From Eledone cirrhosa (taxonomy: Eukaryota): DNA of 64,000 nucleotides. Of the stretch, positions 29,901 through 46,100 are shown piece after piece (positions within the stretch are counted from its first letter, which is position 1; every line of letters starts with the position of its first letter). The notes under the pieces are model-generated. The model searched no databases. It was not told the DNA's origin and saw only the letters and a list, made by a program, of their open reading frames with translations. Both the position numbers and the translations under genes were made by a program. Location: the NCBI GenBank assembly GCA_964016885.1, contig OZ024750.1, positions 37,758,001 through 37,822,000 of the forward strand. Reading direction: 5' to 3'.

Positions 29901-31158
29901 TGAAGCTATGACTAACCTATACACTGTATGTGATGTACCATGAAGCTATGACTAACCTGTACACTGTATGTGATGTACCATGAAGCTATGGCTAACCTGT
30001 ACACTGTATGTGATGTACCATGAAGCTATGACTAACCTGTACACTCTATGTGATGTACCATGAAGCTATGGCTAACCTGTACACTGTATGTGATGTACCA
30101 TGAAGCTATAGCTAACCTGTACACTGTATGTGATGTACCATGAAGCTATGGCTAACCTGTACACTGTATGTGATGTACCATGAAGCCATGACTAACCTGT
30201 ACACTTTATATGATGTACCATGAAGCTATGGCTAACCTGTACACTGTATGTGATGTATCATGAACCTATGGCTAACCTGTACACTGTATGTGATGTACCA
30301 TGAAGTTATGACTAACATGTACACTGTATGTAATGAACCATGAAGCTATGGCTAACCTGTACACTGTATGTGATGTACCATGAAGCTATAGCTAACCTAT
30401 ACACTGTATGTGATGTACCATGAAGCTATGACTAAACTATACACTGTATGTGATGTACCATGTAGCTATGACTAACCTTTACACTGTATGTGATGTACCA
30501 TGAAGCTATGGCTAACCTGTACACTGTATGTGATGTATCATGAACCTATGGCTAACCTGTACACTGTATGTGATGTACCATGAAGTTATGACTAACATGT
30601 ACACTGTATGTGATGAACCATGAAGCTATGGCTAACCTGTACACTGTATGTGATGTACCATGAAGCTATAGCTAACCTATACACTGTATGTGATGTACCA
30701 TGAAGCTATGACTAACCTGTACACTGTATGTGATGTACCATGAAGCTATGACTAACCTGTACACTGTATGTGATGTACCATGAAGCTATGGCTAACCTTT
30801 ACACTGTATGTGATGTACCATGAAGCTATGACTAACCTGTACACTGTATGTGATGTACCATGAAGCTATGGCTAACCTGTACACTGTATGTGATGTACCA
30901 TGAAGCTATGGCTAACCTGTACACTGTATGTGATGTACCATGAAGCTATAGCTAACCTTTACACTGTATGTGATGTACCATGAAGCTATGACTAACCTGT
31001 ACACTGTATGTGATGTACCATGAAGCTATGGCTAACCTGTACACTGTATGTGATGTACCATGAAGCTATGACTAACCTGTACACTGTATGTGATGTACCA
31101 TGAAGCTATAGCTAACCTGTACACTGTATGTGATGTACCATGAAGCTATGGCTAACCT
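20920..31158 (+). repeat. Tandem duplication, period 5,158 bp (129 monomers)
   Basis: 39-mers at 20952/26110 and 24671/29829, CCGTG at 22141/27299, GATTAATC at 21913/27071 and the rare TAATGAAC at 25173/30331 are all offset by 5158. Confidence 0.92.
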
Positions 31159-34100
31159 GTACACTGTATGTGATGTACCATGAAGCCATGACTAACCTGT
31201 ACACTGTATATGATGTACCATGAAGCTATGACTAACCTTTACACTGTATGTGATGTACCATGAAGCTATGGCTAACATGTACACTGTATGTGATGTACCA
31301 TGAAGCTATGACTAACCTGTACACTGTATGTGATGTACCATGAAGCTATGGCTAACCTGTACACTGTATGTGATGTACCATGAAGCTATGACTAACCTGT
31401 ACACTGTATGTGATGTTCCATGAAGCTATGACTAACCTGTACACTGTATGTGATGTACCATGAAGCTATGGCTAACCTGTACACTGTATGTGATGTAGCA
31501 TGAAGCTATGACTAACCTGTACACTGTATATGATGTACCATGAAGCTATGACTAACATGTACACTGTATGCGAAGTACCATGAAGCTATGACTAACCTGT
31601 ACACTGTATGTGATGTACCATGAAGCTATGACTAACCTGTACACTGTATGTGATGTACCATGAAGCTATGACTAACCTGTACACTGTATGTGATGTACCA
31701 TGAAGCTATGAATAACCTATACACTGTATGTGTTGTACCATGTAGCTATGACTAATCTATACACTGTATGTGATGTACCATGAAGCTATGGCTAACCTGT
31801 ACACTGTATGTGATGTACCATGAAGCTATGGCTAACCTGTACACTCTATGTGATGTACCATGAAGTTATGACTAACATGTACACTGTATGTGATGTACCA
31901 TGAAGCTATGACTAACCTGTACACTGTATGTGATGTACCATGAATCTATGGCTAACCTGTACACTGTATGTGATGTACCGTGAAGCTATGACTAACCTAT
32001 ACACTCTATGTGATGTACCATGAAGCTATGTCTAACCTGTACACTGTATGTGATGTACCATGAAGCTATCACTAACCTATACACTGTATGTGATGTTCCA
32101 TGTAGCTATGACTAGACTGTACACTGTATGTGATGTACCATGAAGCTATGACTAACCTATACACTGTATGTGATGTACCATGCAGCTATGACTAACCTGT
32201 ACACTGTATGTGATGTACCATGAAGCTATGGCTAACCTGTACACTGTATGTGATGTACCATGAAGCTATGGCTAACCTGTACACTGTATGTGATGTACCA
32301 TGAAGTTATAGCTAACCTGTACACTGTATGTGATGTACTATGAAGCTATGACTAATCTGTACACTGTATGTGATGTACCATGAAGCTATGACTAATCTGT
32401 ACACTGTATGTGATGTAACATGAAGCTATAGCTAACCTGTACACTGTATGTGATGTACCATGAAGCTATGACTAACCTATACACTGTATGTGATGTACCA
32501 TGTAGCTATAGCTAACCTGTACACTGTATGTGATGTACCATGAAGTTATAGCTAACCTGTACACTGTATGTGATGTACCATGAAGCTATGACTAATCTGT
32601 ACACTGTATGTGATGTACCATGAAGCTATAGCTAACCCGTACACTGTATGTGATGTACCATGAAGCTATGACTAACCTGTACACTGTATGTTATGTAACA
32701 TGAAGCTATAGCTAACCTGTACACTGTATGTGATGTACCATGAAGCTATGACTAACCTGTACACTGTATGTGATGTACCATGAAGCTATAGCTAACCTAT
32801 ACACTGTATGTGATGTACCATGAAACTATGACTAACCTGTACACTGTATGTGATGTACCATGAAGCTATGGCTAACCTGTACACTGTATGTGATGTAACA
32901 TGAAGCTATAGCTAACCTGTACACTGTATGTGATGTACCATGAAGCTATGACTAACCTGTACAGTGTATGTGATGTACCATGAAGCTATGACTAACCTGT
33001 ACACTGAATGTGATGTACCATGAAGCTATGGCTAACCTGTACACTGTATGTGATGTACCATGAAGCTATGGCTAACCTGTACACTGTATGTGATGTACCA
33101 TGAAGCTATGGCTAACCTGTACACTGTATATGATGTACCATGAAGCTATGACTAACCTTTACACTGTATGTGATGTACCATGAAGCTATGGCTAACATGT
33201 ACACTGTATGTGATGTACCATGAAGCTATGACTAACCTGTACACTGTATGTGATGTACCATGAAGCTAAAACTAACCTGTACACTGTATGTGATGTACCA
33301 TGAAGCTATGACTAACCTGTACACTGTATGTGATGTTCCATGAAGCTATGACTAACCTGTACACTGTATGTGATGTACCATGAAGCTATGACTAACCTGT
33401 ACACTGTATGTGATGTACCATGAAGCTATGACTAACCTGTACACTGTATATGATGTACCATGAAGCTATGACTAACATGTACACTGTATGCCATGTACCA
33501 TGAAGCTATGACTAACCTGTACACTGTATGTGATGTACCATGAAGCTATGACTAACCTGTACACTGTATGTGATGTACCATGAAGTTATGACTAACCTGT
33601 ACACTGTATGTGATGTACCATGAAGCTATGACTAAACTATACACTGTATGTGATGTACCATGAAATTATGACTAACATGTACACTGTATGTGATGTACCA
33701 TGAAGCTATGGCTAACCTGTACACTGTATGTGATGTACCATGAAGCTATAGCTAACCTATACACTGTATGTGATGTACCATGAAGCTATGACTAAACTAT
33801 ACACTGTATGTGATGTACCATGTAGCTATGACTAACCTTTACACTGTATGTGATGTACCATGAAGCTATGGCTAACCTGTACACTGTATGTGATGTATCA
33901 TGAACCTATGGCTAACCTGTACACTGTATGTGATGTACGATGAAGTTATGACTAACATGTACACTGTATGTGATGAACCATGAAGCTATGGCTAACCTGT
34001 ACACTGTATGTGATGTACCATGAAGCTATAGCTAACCTATACACTGTATGTGATGTACCATGAAGCTATGACTAACCTGTACACTGTATGTGATGTACCA

Positions 34101-37100
34101 TGAAACTATGACTAACCTGTACACTGTATGTGATGTACCATGAAGCTATGGCTAACCTTTACACTGTATGTGATGTACCATGAAGCTATGACTAACCTGT
34201 ACACTGTATGTGATGTACCATGAAGCTATGGCTAACCTGTACACTGTATGTGATGTACCATGAAGCTATGGCTAACCTGTACACTGTATGTGATGTACCA
34301 TGAAGCTATGGCTAACCTGTACACTGTATGTGATGTACCATGAAGCTATGACTAACCTTTACACTGTATGTGATGTACCATGAAGCTATGACTAACCTGT
34401 ACACTGTATGTGATGTACCATGAAGCTATAGCTAACCTGTACACTGTATGTGATGTACCATGAAGCTATGGCTAACCTGTACACTGTATGTGATGTACCA
34501 TGAAGCTATGACTAACCTGTACACTGTATATGATGTACCATGAAGCTATGACTAACCTGTACACTGAATGTGATGTACCATGAAGCTATGACTAACATGT
34601 ACACTGTATGTGATGTACCATGAAGCTATGACTAACCTGTACACTGTATGTGATGTACCATGAAGCTATGCTAACCTGTACACTGTATGTGATGTACCAT
34701 GAAGCTATGGCTAACCTGTACAATGTATGTGATGTACCATGAAGCTATGACTAACCTATACACTGTATGTGATGTACCATGAAGCTATGACTAACCTGTA
34801 CACTGTATGTGATGTACCATGAAGCTATGGCTAACCTGTACACTGTATGTGATGTACCATGAAGCCATGACTAACCTGTACACTTTATATGATGTACCAT
34901 GAAGCTATGGCTAACCTGTACACTGTATGTGATGAACCATGAAGCTATGGCTAACCTGTACACTGTATGTGATGTACCATGAAGCTATAGCTAACCTATA
35001 CACTGTATGTGATGTACCATGAAGCTATGACTAAACTATACACTGTATGTGATGTACCATGTAGCTATGACTAACCTTTACACTGTATGTGATGTACCAT
35101 GAAGCTATGGCTAACCTGTACACTGTATGTGATGTATCATGAACCTATGGCTAACCTGTACACTGTATGTGATGTACCATGAAGTTATGACTAACATGTA
35201 CACTGTATGTGATGAACCATGAAGCTATGGCTAACCTGTACACTGTATGTGATGTACCATGAAGCTATAGCTAACCTATACACTGTATGTGATGTACCAT
35301 GAAGCTATGACTAACCTGTACACTGTATGTGATGTACCATGAAGCTATGACTAACCTGTACACTGTATGTGATGTACCATGAAGCTATGGCTAACCTTTA
35401 CACTGTATGTGATGTACCATGAAGCTATGACTAACCTGTACACTGTATGTGATGTACCATGAAGCTATGGCTAACCTGTACACTGTATGTGATGTACCAT
35501 GAAGCTCTGTCTAACCTGTACACTGTATGTGATGTACCATGAAGCTATGGCTAACCTGTACACTGAATGTGATGTACCATGAAGCTATGACTAACATGTA
35601 CACTGTATGTGATGTACCATGAAGCTATGACTAACCTGTACACTGTATGTGATGTACCATGAAGCTATGCTAACCTGTACACTGTATGTGATGTACCATG
35701 AAGCTATGGCTAACCTGTACAATGTATGTGATGTACCATGAAGCTATGACTAACCTATACACTGTATGTGATGTACCATGAAGCTATGACTAACCTGTAC
35801 ACTGTATGTGATGTACCATGAAGCTATGGCTAACCTGTACACTGTATGTGATGTACCATGAAGCTATGACTAACCTGTACACTCTATGTGATGTACCATG
35901 AAGCTATGGCTAACCTGTACACTGTATGTGATGTACCATGAAGCTATAGCTAACCTGTACACTGTATGTGATGTACCATGAAGCTATGGCTAACCTGTAC
36001 ACTGTATGTGATGTACCATGAAGCCATGACTAACCTGTACACTTTATATGATGTACCATGAAGCTATGACTAACCTTTACACTGTATGTGATGTACCATG
36101 AAGCTATGGCTAACATGTACACTGTATGTGATGTACCATGAAGCTATGACTAACCTGTACACTGTATGTGATGTACCATGAAGCTATGGCTAACCTGTAC
36201 ACTGTATGTGATGTACCATGAAGTTATGACTAACCTGTACACTGTATGTGATGTTCCATGAAGTTATGACTAACATGTACACTGTATGTGATGTACCATG
36301 AAGCTATGACTAACCTGTACACTGTATGTGATGTACCATGAATCTATGGCTAACCTGTACACTGTATGTGATGTACCGTGAAGCTATGACTAACCTATAC
36401 ACTCTATGTGATGTACCATGAAGCTATGTCTAACCTGTACACCGTATGTGATGTACCATGAAGCTATGACTAACCTATACAGTGTATGTGATGTACCATG
36501 AAGCTATGACTAACCTGTACCCTGTATGTGATGTACCATGAAGCTATGACTAACCTATACACTGTATGTGATGTACCATGCAGCTATGACTAACCTGTAC
36601 ACTGTATGTGATGTACCATGAAGCTATGGCTAACCTGTACACTGTATGTGATGTACCATGAAGCTATGGCTAACCTGTACACTGTATGTGATGTACCATG
36701 AAGTTATAGCTAACCTGTACACTGTATGTGATGTACTATGAAGCTATGACTAATCTGTACACTGTATGTGATGTACCATGAAGCTATGACTAATCTGTAC
36801 ACTGTATGTGATGTAACATGAAGCTATAGCTAACCTGTACACTGTATGTGATGTACCATGAAGCTATTACTAACCTATACACTGTATGTGATGTACCATG
36901 AAGCTATAGCTAACCTATACACTGTATGTGATGTACCATGAAGTTATAGCTAACCTGTACACTGTATGTGATGTACCATGAAGCTATGACTAATCTGTAC
37001 ACTGTATGTGATGTACCATGAAGCTATAGCTAACCGGTACACTGTATGTGATGTACCATGAAGCTATGACTAACCTGTACACTGTATGTGATGTACCATG

Positions 37101-40100
37101 AAGCTATGACTAACCTGTACACTGTATGTGATGTAACATGAAGCTATAGCTAACCTGTACACTGTATGTGATGTACCATGAAGCTATGACTAACCTGTAC
37201 ACTGTATGTGATGTACCATGAAGCTATAGCTAACCTATACACTGTATGTGATGTACCATGAAACTATGACTAACCTGTACACTGTATGTGATGTACCATG
37301 AAGCTATGGCTAACCTGTACACTCTATGTGATGTAACATGAAGCTATAGCTAACCTGTACACTGTATGTGATGTACCATGAAGCTATGACTAACCTGTAC
37401 ACTGTATGTGATGTACCATGAAGCTATGACTAACCTGTACACTGTATGTGATGTACCATGAAGCTATGGCTAACCTGTACACTTTATGTGATGTACCATG
37501 AAGCTATGGCTAACCTGTACACTGTATATGATGTACCATGAAGCTATGACTAACCTTTACACTGTATGTGATGTACCATGAAGCTATAGCTAACATGTAC
37601 ACTGTATGTGATGTACCATGAAGCTATGACTAACCTGTACACTGTATGTGATGTACCATGAAGCTATGGCTAACCTGTACACTGTATGTGATGTACCATG
37701 AAGCTATGGCTAACCTGTACACTGTATGTGATGTACCATGAAGCTATGGCTAACCTGTACACTGTATATGATGTACCATGAAGCTATGACTAACCTTTAC
37801 ACTGTATGTGATGTACCATGAAGCTATGGCTAACATGTACACTGTATGTGATGTACCATGAAGCTATGACTAACCTGTACACTGTATGTGATGTACCATG
37901 AAGCTAAAACTAACCTGTACACTGTATGTGATGTACCATGAAGCTATGACTAACCTGTACACTGTATGTGATGTTCCATGAAGCTATGACTAACCTGTAC
38001 ACTGTATGTGATGTACCATGAAGCTATGGCTAACCTGTACACTGTATGTGATGTACCATGAAGCTATGACTAACCTGTACACTGTATATGATGTACCATG
38101 AAGCTATGACTAACATGTACACTGTATGCCATGTACCATGAAGCTATGACTAACCTGTACACTGTATGTGATGTACCATGAAGTTATGACTAACCTGTAC
38201 ACTGTATGTGATGTACCATGAAGCTATGACTAAACTATACACTGTATGTGATGTACCATGAAATTATGACTAACATGTACACTATATGTGATGTACCATG
38301 AAGCTATGGCTAACCTGTACACTGTATGTGATGTACCATGAAGCTATAGCTAACCTATACACTGTATGTGATGTACCATGAAGCTATGACTAAACTATAC
38401 ACTGTATGTGATGTACCATGTAGCTATGACTAACCTTTACACTGTATGTGATGTACCATGAAGCTATGGCTAACCTGTACACTGTATGTGATGTATCATG
38501 AATCTATGGCTAACCTGTACACTGTATGTGATGTACCATGAAGTTATGACTAACATGTACACTGTATGTGATGAACCATGAAGCTATGGCTAACCTGTAC
38601 ACTGTATGTGATGTACCATGAAGCTATAGCTAACCTATACACTGTATGTGATGTACCATGAAGCTATGACTAACCTGTACACTGTATGTGATGTACCATG
38701 AAGCTATGACTAACCTGTACACTGTATGTGATGTACCATGAAGCTATGGCTAACCTTTACACTGTATGTGATGTACCATGAAGCTATGACTAACCTGTAC
38801 ACTGTATGTGATGTACCATGAAGCTATGGCTAACCTGTACACTGTATGTGATGTACCATGAAGCTATGGCTAACCTGTACACTGTATGTGATGTACCATG
38901 AAGCTATGGCTAACCTGTACACTGTATGTGATGTACCATGAAGCTATGACTAAACTTTACACTGTATGTGATGTACCATGAAGCTATGACTAACCTGTAC
39001 ACTGTATGTGATGTACCATGAAGCTATAGCTAACCTGTACACTGTATGTGATGTACCATGAAGCTATGCTAACCTGTACACTGTATGTGATGTACCATGA
39101 AGCTATGGCTAACCTGTACAATGTATGTGATGTACCATGAAGCTATGACTAACCTATACACTGTATGTGATGTACCATGAAGCTATGGCTAACCTGTACA
39201 CTGTATGTGATGTACCATGAAGCTATGACTAACCTGTACACTCTATGTGATGTACCATGAAGCTATGGCTAACCTGTACAATGTATGCGATGTACCATGA
39301 AGCTATGACTAACCTGTACACTGAATGTGATGTACCATGAAGCTATGACTAACATGTACACTGTATGTGATGTACCATGAAGCTATGACTAACCTGTACA
39401 CTGTATGTGATGTACCATGAAGCTATGCTAACCTGTACACTGTATGTGATGTACCATGAAGCTATGGCTAACCTGTACAATGTATGTGATGTACCATGAA
39501 GCTATGACTAACCTGTACACTGTATGTGATGTACCATGAAGCTATGGCTAACCTGTACACTGTATGTGATGTACCATGAAGCTATGACTAACCTGTACAC
39601 TCTATGTGATGTACCATGAATCTATGGCTAACCTGTACACTGTATGTGATGTACCGGGAAGCTATGACTAACCTATACACTCTATGTGATGTACCATGAA
39701 GCTATGTCTAACCTGTACACCGTATGTGATGTACCATGAAGCTATGACTAACCTATACACTGTATGTGATGTACCATGAAGCTATGACTAACCTGTACCC
39801 TGTATGTGATGTACCATGAAGCTATGACTAACCTATACACTGTATGTGATGTACCATGCAGCTATGACTAACCTGTACACTGTATGTGATGTACCATGAA
39901 GCTATGGCTAACCTGTACACTGTATGTGATGTACCATGAAGCTATGGCTAACCTGTACACTGTATGTGATGTACCATGAAGTTATAGCTAACCTGTACAC
40001 TGTATGTGATGTACTATGAAGCTATGACTAATCTGTACACTGTATGTGATGTACCATGAAGCTATGACTAATCTGTACACTGTATGTGATGTAACATGAA

Positions 40101-40149
40101 GCTATAGCTAACCTGTACACTGTATGTGATGTACCATGAAGCTATGGCT

Positions 40150-43100
40150 AACCTGTACACTGTATGTGATGTACCATGAAGCCATGACTAACCTGTACAC
40201 TTTATATGATGTACCATGAAGCTATGACTAACCTTTACACTGTATGTGATGTACCATGAAGCTATGGCTAACATGTACACTGTATGTGATGTACCATGAA
40301 GCTATGACTAACCTGTACACTGTATGTGATGTACCATGAAGCTATGGCTAACCTGTACACTGTATGTGATGTACCATGAAGTTATGACTAACCTGTACAC
40401 TGTATGTGATGTTCCATGAAGTTATGACTAACATGTACACTGTATGTGATGTACCATGAAGCTATGACTAACCTGTACACTGTATGTGATGTACCATGAA
40501 TCTATGGCTAACCTGTACACTGTATGTGATGTACCGTGAAGCTATGACTAACCTATACACTCTATGTGATGTACCATGAAGCTATGTCTAACCTGTACAC
40601 CGTATGTGATGTACCATGAAGCTATGACTAACCTATACACTGTATGTGATGTACCATGAAGCTATGACTAACCTGTACCCTGTATGTGATGTACCATGAA
40701 GCTATGACTAACCTATACACTGTATGTGATGTACCATGCAGCTATGACTAACCTGTACACTGTATGTGATGTACCATGAAGCTATGGCTAACCTGTACAC
40801 TGTATGTGATGTACCATGAAGCTATGGCTAACCTGTACACTGTATGTGATGTACCATGAAGTTATAGCTAACCTGTACACTGTATGTGATGTACTATGAA
40901 GCTATGACTAATCTGTACACTGTATGTGATGTACCATGAAGCTATGACTAATCTGTACACTGTATGTGATGTAACATGAAGCTATAGCTAACCTGTACAC
41001 TGTATGTGATGTACCATGAAGCTATTACTAACCTATACACTGTATGTGATGTACCATGAAGCTATAGCTAACCTATACACTGTATGTGATGTACCATGAA
41101 GTTATAGCTAACCTGTACACTGAATGTGATGTACCATGAAGCTATGACTAATCTGTACACTGTATGTGATGTACCATGAAGCTATAGCTAACCGGTACAC
41201 TGTATGTGATGTACCATGAAGCTATGACTAACCTGTACACTGTATGTGATGTACCATGAAGCTATGACTAACCTGTACACTGTATGTGATGTAACATGAA
41301 GCTATAGCTAACCTGTACACTGTATGTGATGTACCATGAAGCTATGACTAACCTGTACACTGTATGTGATGTACCATGAAGCTATAGCTAACCTATACAC
41401 TGTATGTGATGTACCATGAAACTATGACTAACCTGTACACTGTATGTGATGTACCATGAAGCTATGGCTAACCTGTACACTGTATGTGATGTAACATGAA
41501 GCTATAGCTAACCTGTACACTGTATGTGATGTACCATGAAGCTATGACTAACCTGTACACTGTATGTGATGTACCATGAAGCTATGACTAACCTGTACAC
41601 TGTATGTGATGTACCATGAAGCTATGGCTAACCTGTACACTTTATGTGATGTACCATGAAGCTATGGCTAACCTGTACACTGTATATGATGTACCATGAA
41701 GCTATGACTAACCTTTACACTGTATGTGATGTACCATGAAGCTATAGCTAACATGTACACTGTATGTGATTTACCATGAAGCTATGACTAACCTGTACAC
41801 TCTATGTGATGTACCATGAAGCTATGGCTAACCTGTACACTGTATGTGATGTACCATGAAGCTATGGCTAACCTGTACACTGTATGTGATGTACCATGAA
41901 GCTATGGCTAACCTGTACACTGTATATGATGTACCATGAAGCTATGACTAACCTTTACACTGTATGTGATGTACCATGAAGCTATGGCTAACATGTACAC
42001 TGTATGTGATGTACCATGAAGCTATGACTAACCTGTACACTGTATGTGATGTACCATGAAGCTAAAACTAACCTGTACACTGTATGTGATGTACCATGAA
42101 GCTATGACTAACCTGTACACTGTATGTGATGTTCCATGAAGCTATGACTAACCTGTACACTGTATGTGATGTACCATGAAGCTATGGCTAACCTGTACAC
42201 TGTATGTGATGTACCATGAAGCTATGACTAACCTGTACACTGTATATGATGTACCATGAAGCTATGACTAACATGTACACTGTATGCCATGTACCATGAA
42301 GCTATGACTAACCTGTACACTGTATGTGATGTACCATGAAGCTATGACTAACCTGTACAATGTATGTGATGTACCATGAAGTTATGACTAACCTGTACAC
42401 TGTATGTGATGTACCATGAAGCTATGACTAAACTATACACTGTATGTGATGTACCATGAAATTATGACTAACATGTACACTGTATGTGATGTACCATGAA
42501 GCTATGGCTAACCTGTACACTGTATGTGATGTACCATGAAGCTATAGCTAACCTATACACTGTATGTGATGTACCATGAAGCTATGACTAAACTATACAC
42601 TGTATGTGATGTACCATGTAGCTATGACTAACCTTTACACTGTATGTGATGTACCATGAAGCTATGGCTAACCTGTACACTGTATGTGATGTATCATGAA
42701 CCTATGGCTAACCTGTACACTGTATGTGATGTACCATGAAGTTATGACTAACATGTACACTGTATGTGATGAACCATGAAGCTATGGCTAACCTGTACAC
42801 TGTATGTGATGTACCAAGAAGCTATAGCTAACCTATACACTGTATGTGATGTACCATGAAGCTATGACTAACCTGTACACTGTATGTGATGTACCATGAA
42901 GCTATGACTAACCTGTACACTGTATGTGATGTACCATGAAGCTATGGCTAACCTTTACACTGTATGTGATGTACCATGAAGCTATGACTAACCTGTACAC
43001 TGTATGTGATGTACCATGAAGCTATGGCTAACCTGTACACTGTATGTGATGTACCATGAAGCTATGGCTAACCTGTACACTGTATGTGATGTACCATGAA

Positions 43101-46100
43101 GCTATGGCTAACCTGTACACTGTATGTGATGTACCATGAAGCTATGACTAACCTTTACACTGTATGTGATGTACCATGAAGCTATGACTAACCTGTACAC
43201 TGTATGTGATGTACCATGAAGCTATAGCTAACCTGTACACTGTATGTGATGTACCATGAAGCTATGGCTAACCTGTACACTGTATGTGATGTACCATGAA
43301 GCTATGACTAACCTGTACACTGTATATGATGTACCATGAAGCTATGACTAACCTGTACACTGAATGTGATGTACCATGAAGCTATGACTAACATGTACAC
43401 TGTATGTGATGTACCATGAAGCTATGACTAACCTGTACACTGTATGTGATGTACCATGAAGCTATGCTAACCTGTACACTGTATGTGATGTACCATGAAG
43501 CTATGGCTAACCTGTACAATGTATGCGATGTACCATGAAGCTATGACTAACCTATACACTGTATGTGATGTACCATGAAGCTATGACTAACCTGTAGACT
43601 GTATGTGATGTACCATGAAGCTATGGCTAACCTGTACACTGTATGTGATGTACCATGAAGCTATGACTAACCTGTACACTCTATGTGATGTACCATGAAG
43701 CTATGGCTAACCTGTACACTGTATGTGATGTACCATGAAGCTATAGCTAACCTGTACACTGTATGTGATGTACCATGAAGCTATGGCTAACCTGTACACT
43801 GTATGTGATGTACCATGAAGCCATGACTAACCTGTACACTTTATATGATGTACCATGAAGCTATGACTAACCTTTACACTGTATGTGATGTACCATGAAG
43901 CTATGGCTAACATATACACTGTATGTGATGTACCATGAAGCTATGACTAACCTGTACACTGTATGTGATGTACCATGATGCTATGGCTAACCTGTACACT
44001 GTATGTGATGTACCATGAAGTTATGACTAACCTGTACACTGTATGTGATGTTCCATGAAGTTATGACTAACATGTACACTGTATGTGATGTACCATGAAG
44101 CTATGACTAACCTGTACACTGTATGTGATGTACCATGAATCTATGGCTAACCTGTACACTGTATGTGATGTACCGTGAAGCTATGACTAACCTATACACT
44201 CTATGTGATGTACCATGAAGCTATGTCTAACCTGTACACCGTATGTGATGTACCATGAAGCTATGACTAACCTATACACTGTATGTGATGTACCATGAAG
44301 CTATGACTAACCTGTACCCTGTATGTGATGTACCATGAAGCTATGACTAACCTATACACTGTATGTGATGTACCATGCAGCTATGACTAACCTGTACACT
44401 GTATGTGATGTACCATGAAGCTATGGCTAACCTGTACACTGTATGTGATGTACCATGAAGCTATGGCTAACCTGTACACTGTATGTGATGTACCATGAAG
44501 TTATAGCTAACCTGTACACTCTATGTGATGTACTATGAAGCTATGACTAATCTGTACACTGTATGTGATGTACCATGAAGCTATGACTAATCTGTACACT
44601 GTATGTGATGTAACATGAAGCTATAGCTAACCTGTACACTGTATGTGATGTACCATGAAGCTATTACTAACCTATACACTGTATGTGATGTACCATGAAG
44701 CTATAGCTAACCTATACACTGTATGTGATGTACCATGAAGTTATAGCTAACCTGTACACTGTATGTGATGTACCATGAAGCTATGACTAATCTGTACACT
44801 GTATGTGATGTACCATGAAGCTATAGCTAACCGGTACACTGTATGTGATGTACCATGAAGCTATGACTAACCTGTACACTGTATGTGATGTACCATGAAG
44901 CTATGACTAACCTGTACACTGTATGTGATGTAACATGAAGCTATAGCTAACCTGTACACTGTATGTGATGTACCATGAAGCTATGACTAACCTGTACACT
45001 GTATGTGATGTACCATGAAGCTATGACTAACCTGTACACTGTATGTGATGTACCATGAAGCTATGGCTAACCTGTACACTTTATGTGATGTACCATGAAG
45101 CTATGGCTAACCTGTACACTGTATATGATGTACCATGAAGCTATGACTAACCTTTACACTGTATGTGATGTACCATGAAGCTATAGCTAACATGTACACT
45201 GTATGTGATGTACCATGAAGCTATGACTAACCTGTACACTGTATGTGATGTACCATGAAGCTATGGCTAACCTGTACACTGTATGTGATGTACCATGAAG
45301 CTATGGCTAACCTGTACACTGTATGTGATGTACCATGAAGCTATGGCTAACCTGTACACTGTATATGATGTACCATGAAGCTATGACTAACCTTTACACT
45401 GTATGTGATGTACCATGAAGCTATGGCTAACATGTACACTGTATGTGATGTACCATGAAGCTATGACTAACCTTTACACTGTATGTGATGTACCATGAAG
45501 CTAAAACTAACCTGTACACTGTATGTGATGTACCATGAAGCTATGACTAACCTGTACACTGTATGTGATGTTCCATGAAGCTATGACTAACCTGTACACT
45601 GTATGTGATGTACCATGAAGCTATGGCTAACCTGTACACTGTATGTGATGTACCATGAAGCTATGACTAACCTGTACACTGTATATGATGTACCATGAAG
45701 CTATGACTAACATGTACACTGTATGCCATGTACCATGAAGCTATGACTAACCTGTACACTGTATGTGATGTACCATGAAGCTATGACTAACCTGTACACT
45801 GTATGTGATGTACCATGAAGTTATGACTAACCTGTACACTGTATGTGATGTACCATGAAGCTATGACTAAACTATACACTGTATGTGATGTACCATGAAA
45901 TTATGACTAACATGTACACTGTATGTGATGTACCATGAAGCTATGGCTAACCTGTACACTGTATGTGATGTACCATGAAGCTATAGCTAACCTATACACT
46001 GTATGTGATGTACCATGAAGCTATGACTAAACTATACACTGTATGTGATGTACCATGTAGCTATGACTAACCTTTACACTGTATGTGATGTACCATGAAG

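Larger units (their letters stand above)
6600..40145 (+). repeat. Large segmental duplication within the array: about 6.6-20.8 kb corresponds to about 26.7-40.1 kb (offset about 20 kb)
   Basis: Rare markers pair up: GATTAATC 6961/27071 and ACTAG 12001/32111 (+20110); TGATGTACGA 13861/33931 and AGTGTATG 16411/36481 (+20070); ATGTATGCGA 19051/39281 (+20230); CCGGG 20302/39654 (+19352). Confidence 0.88.
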
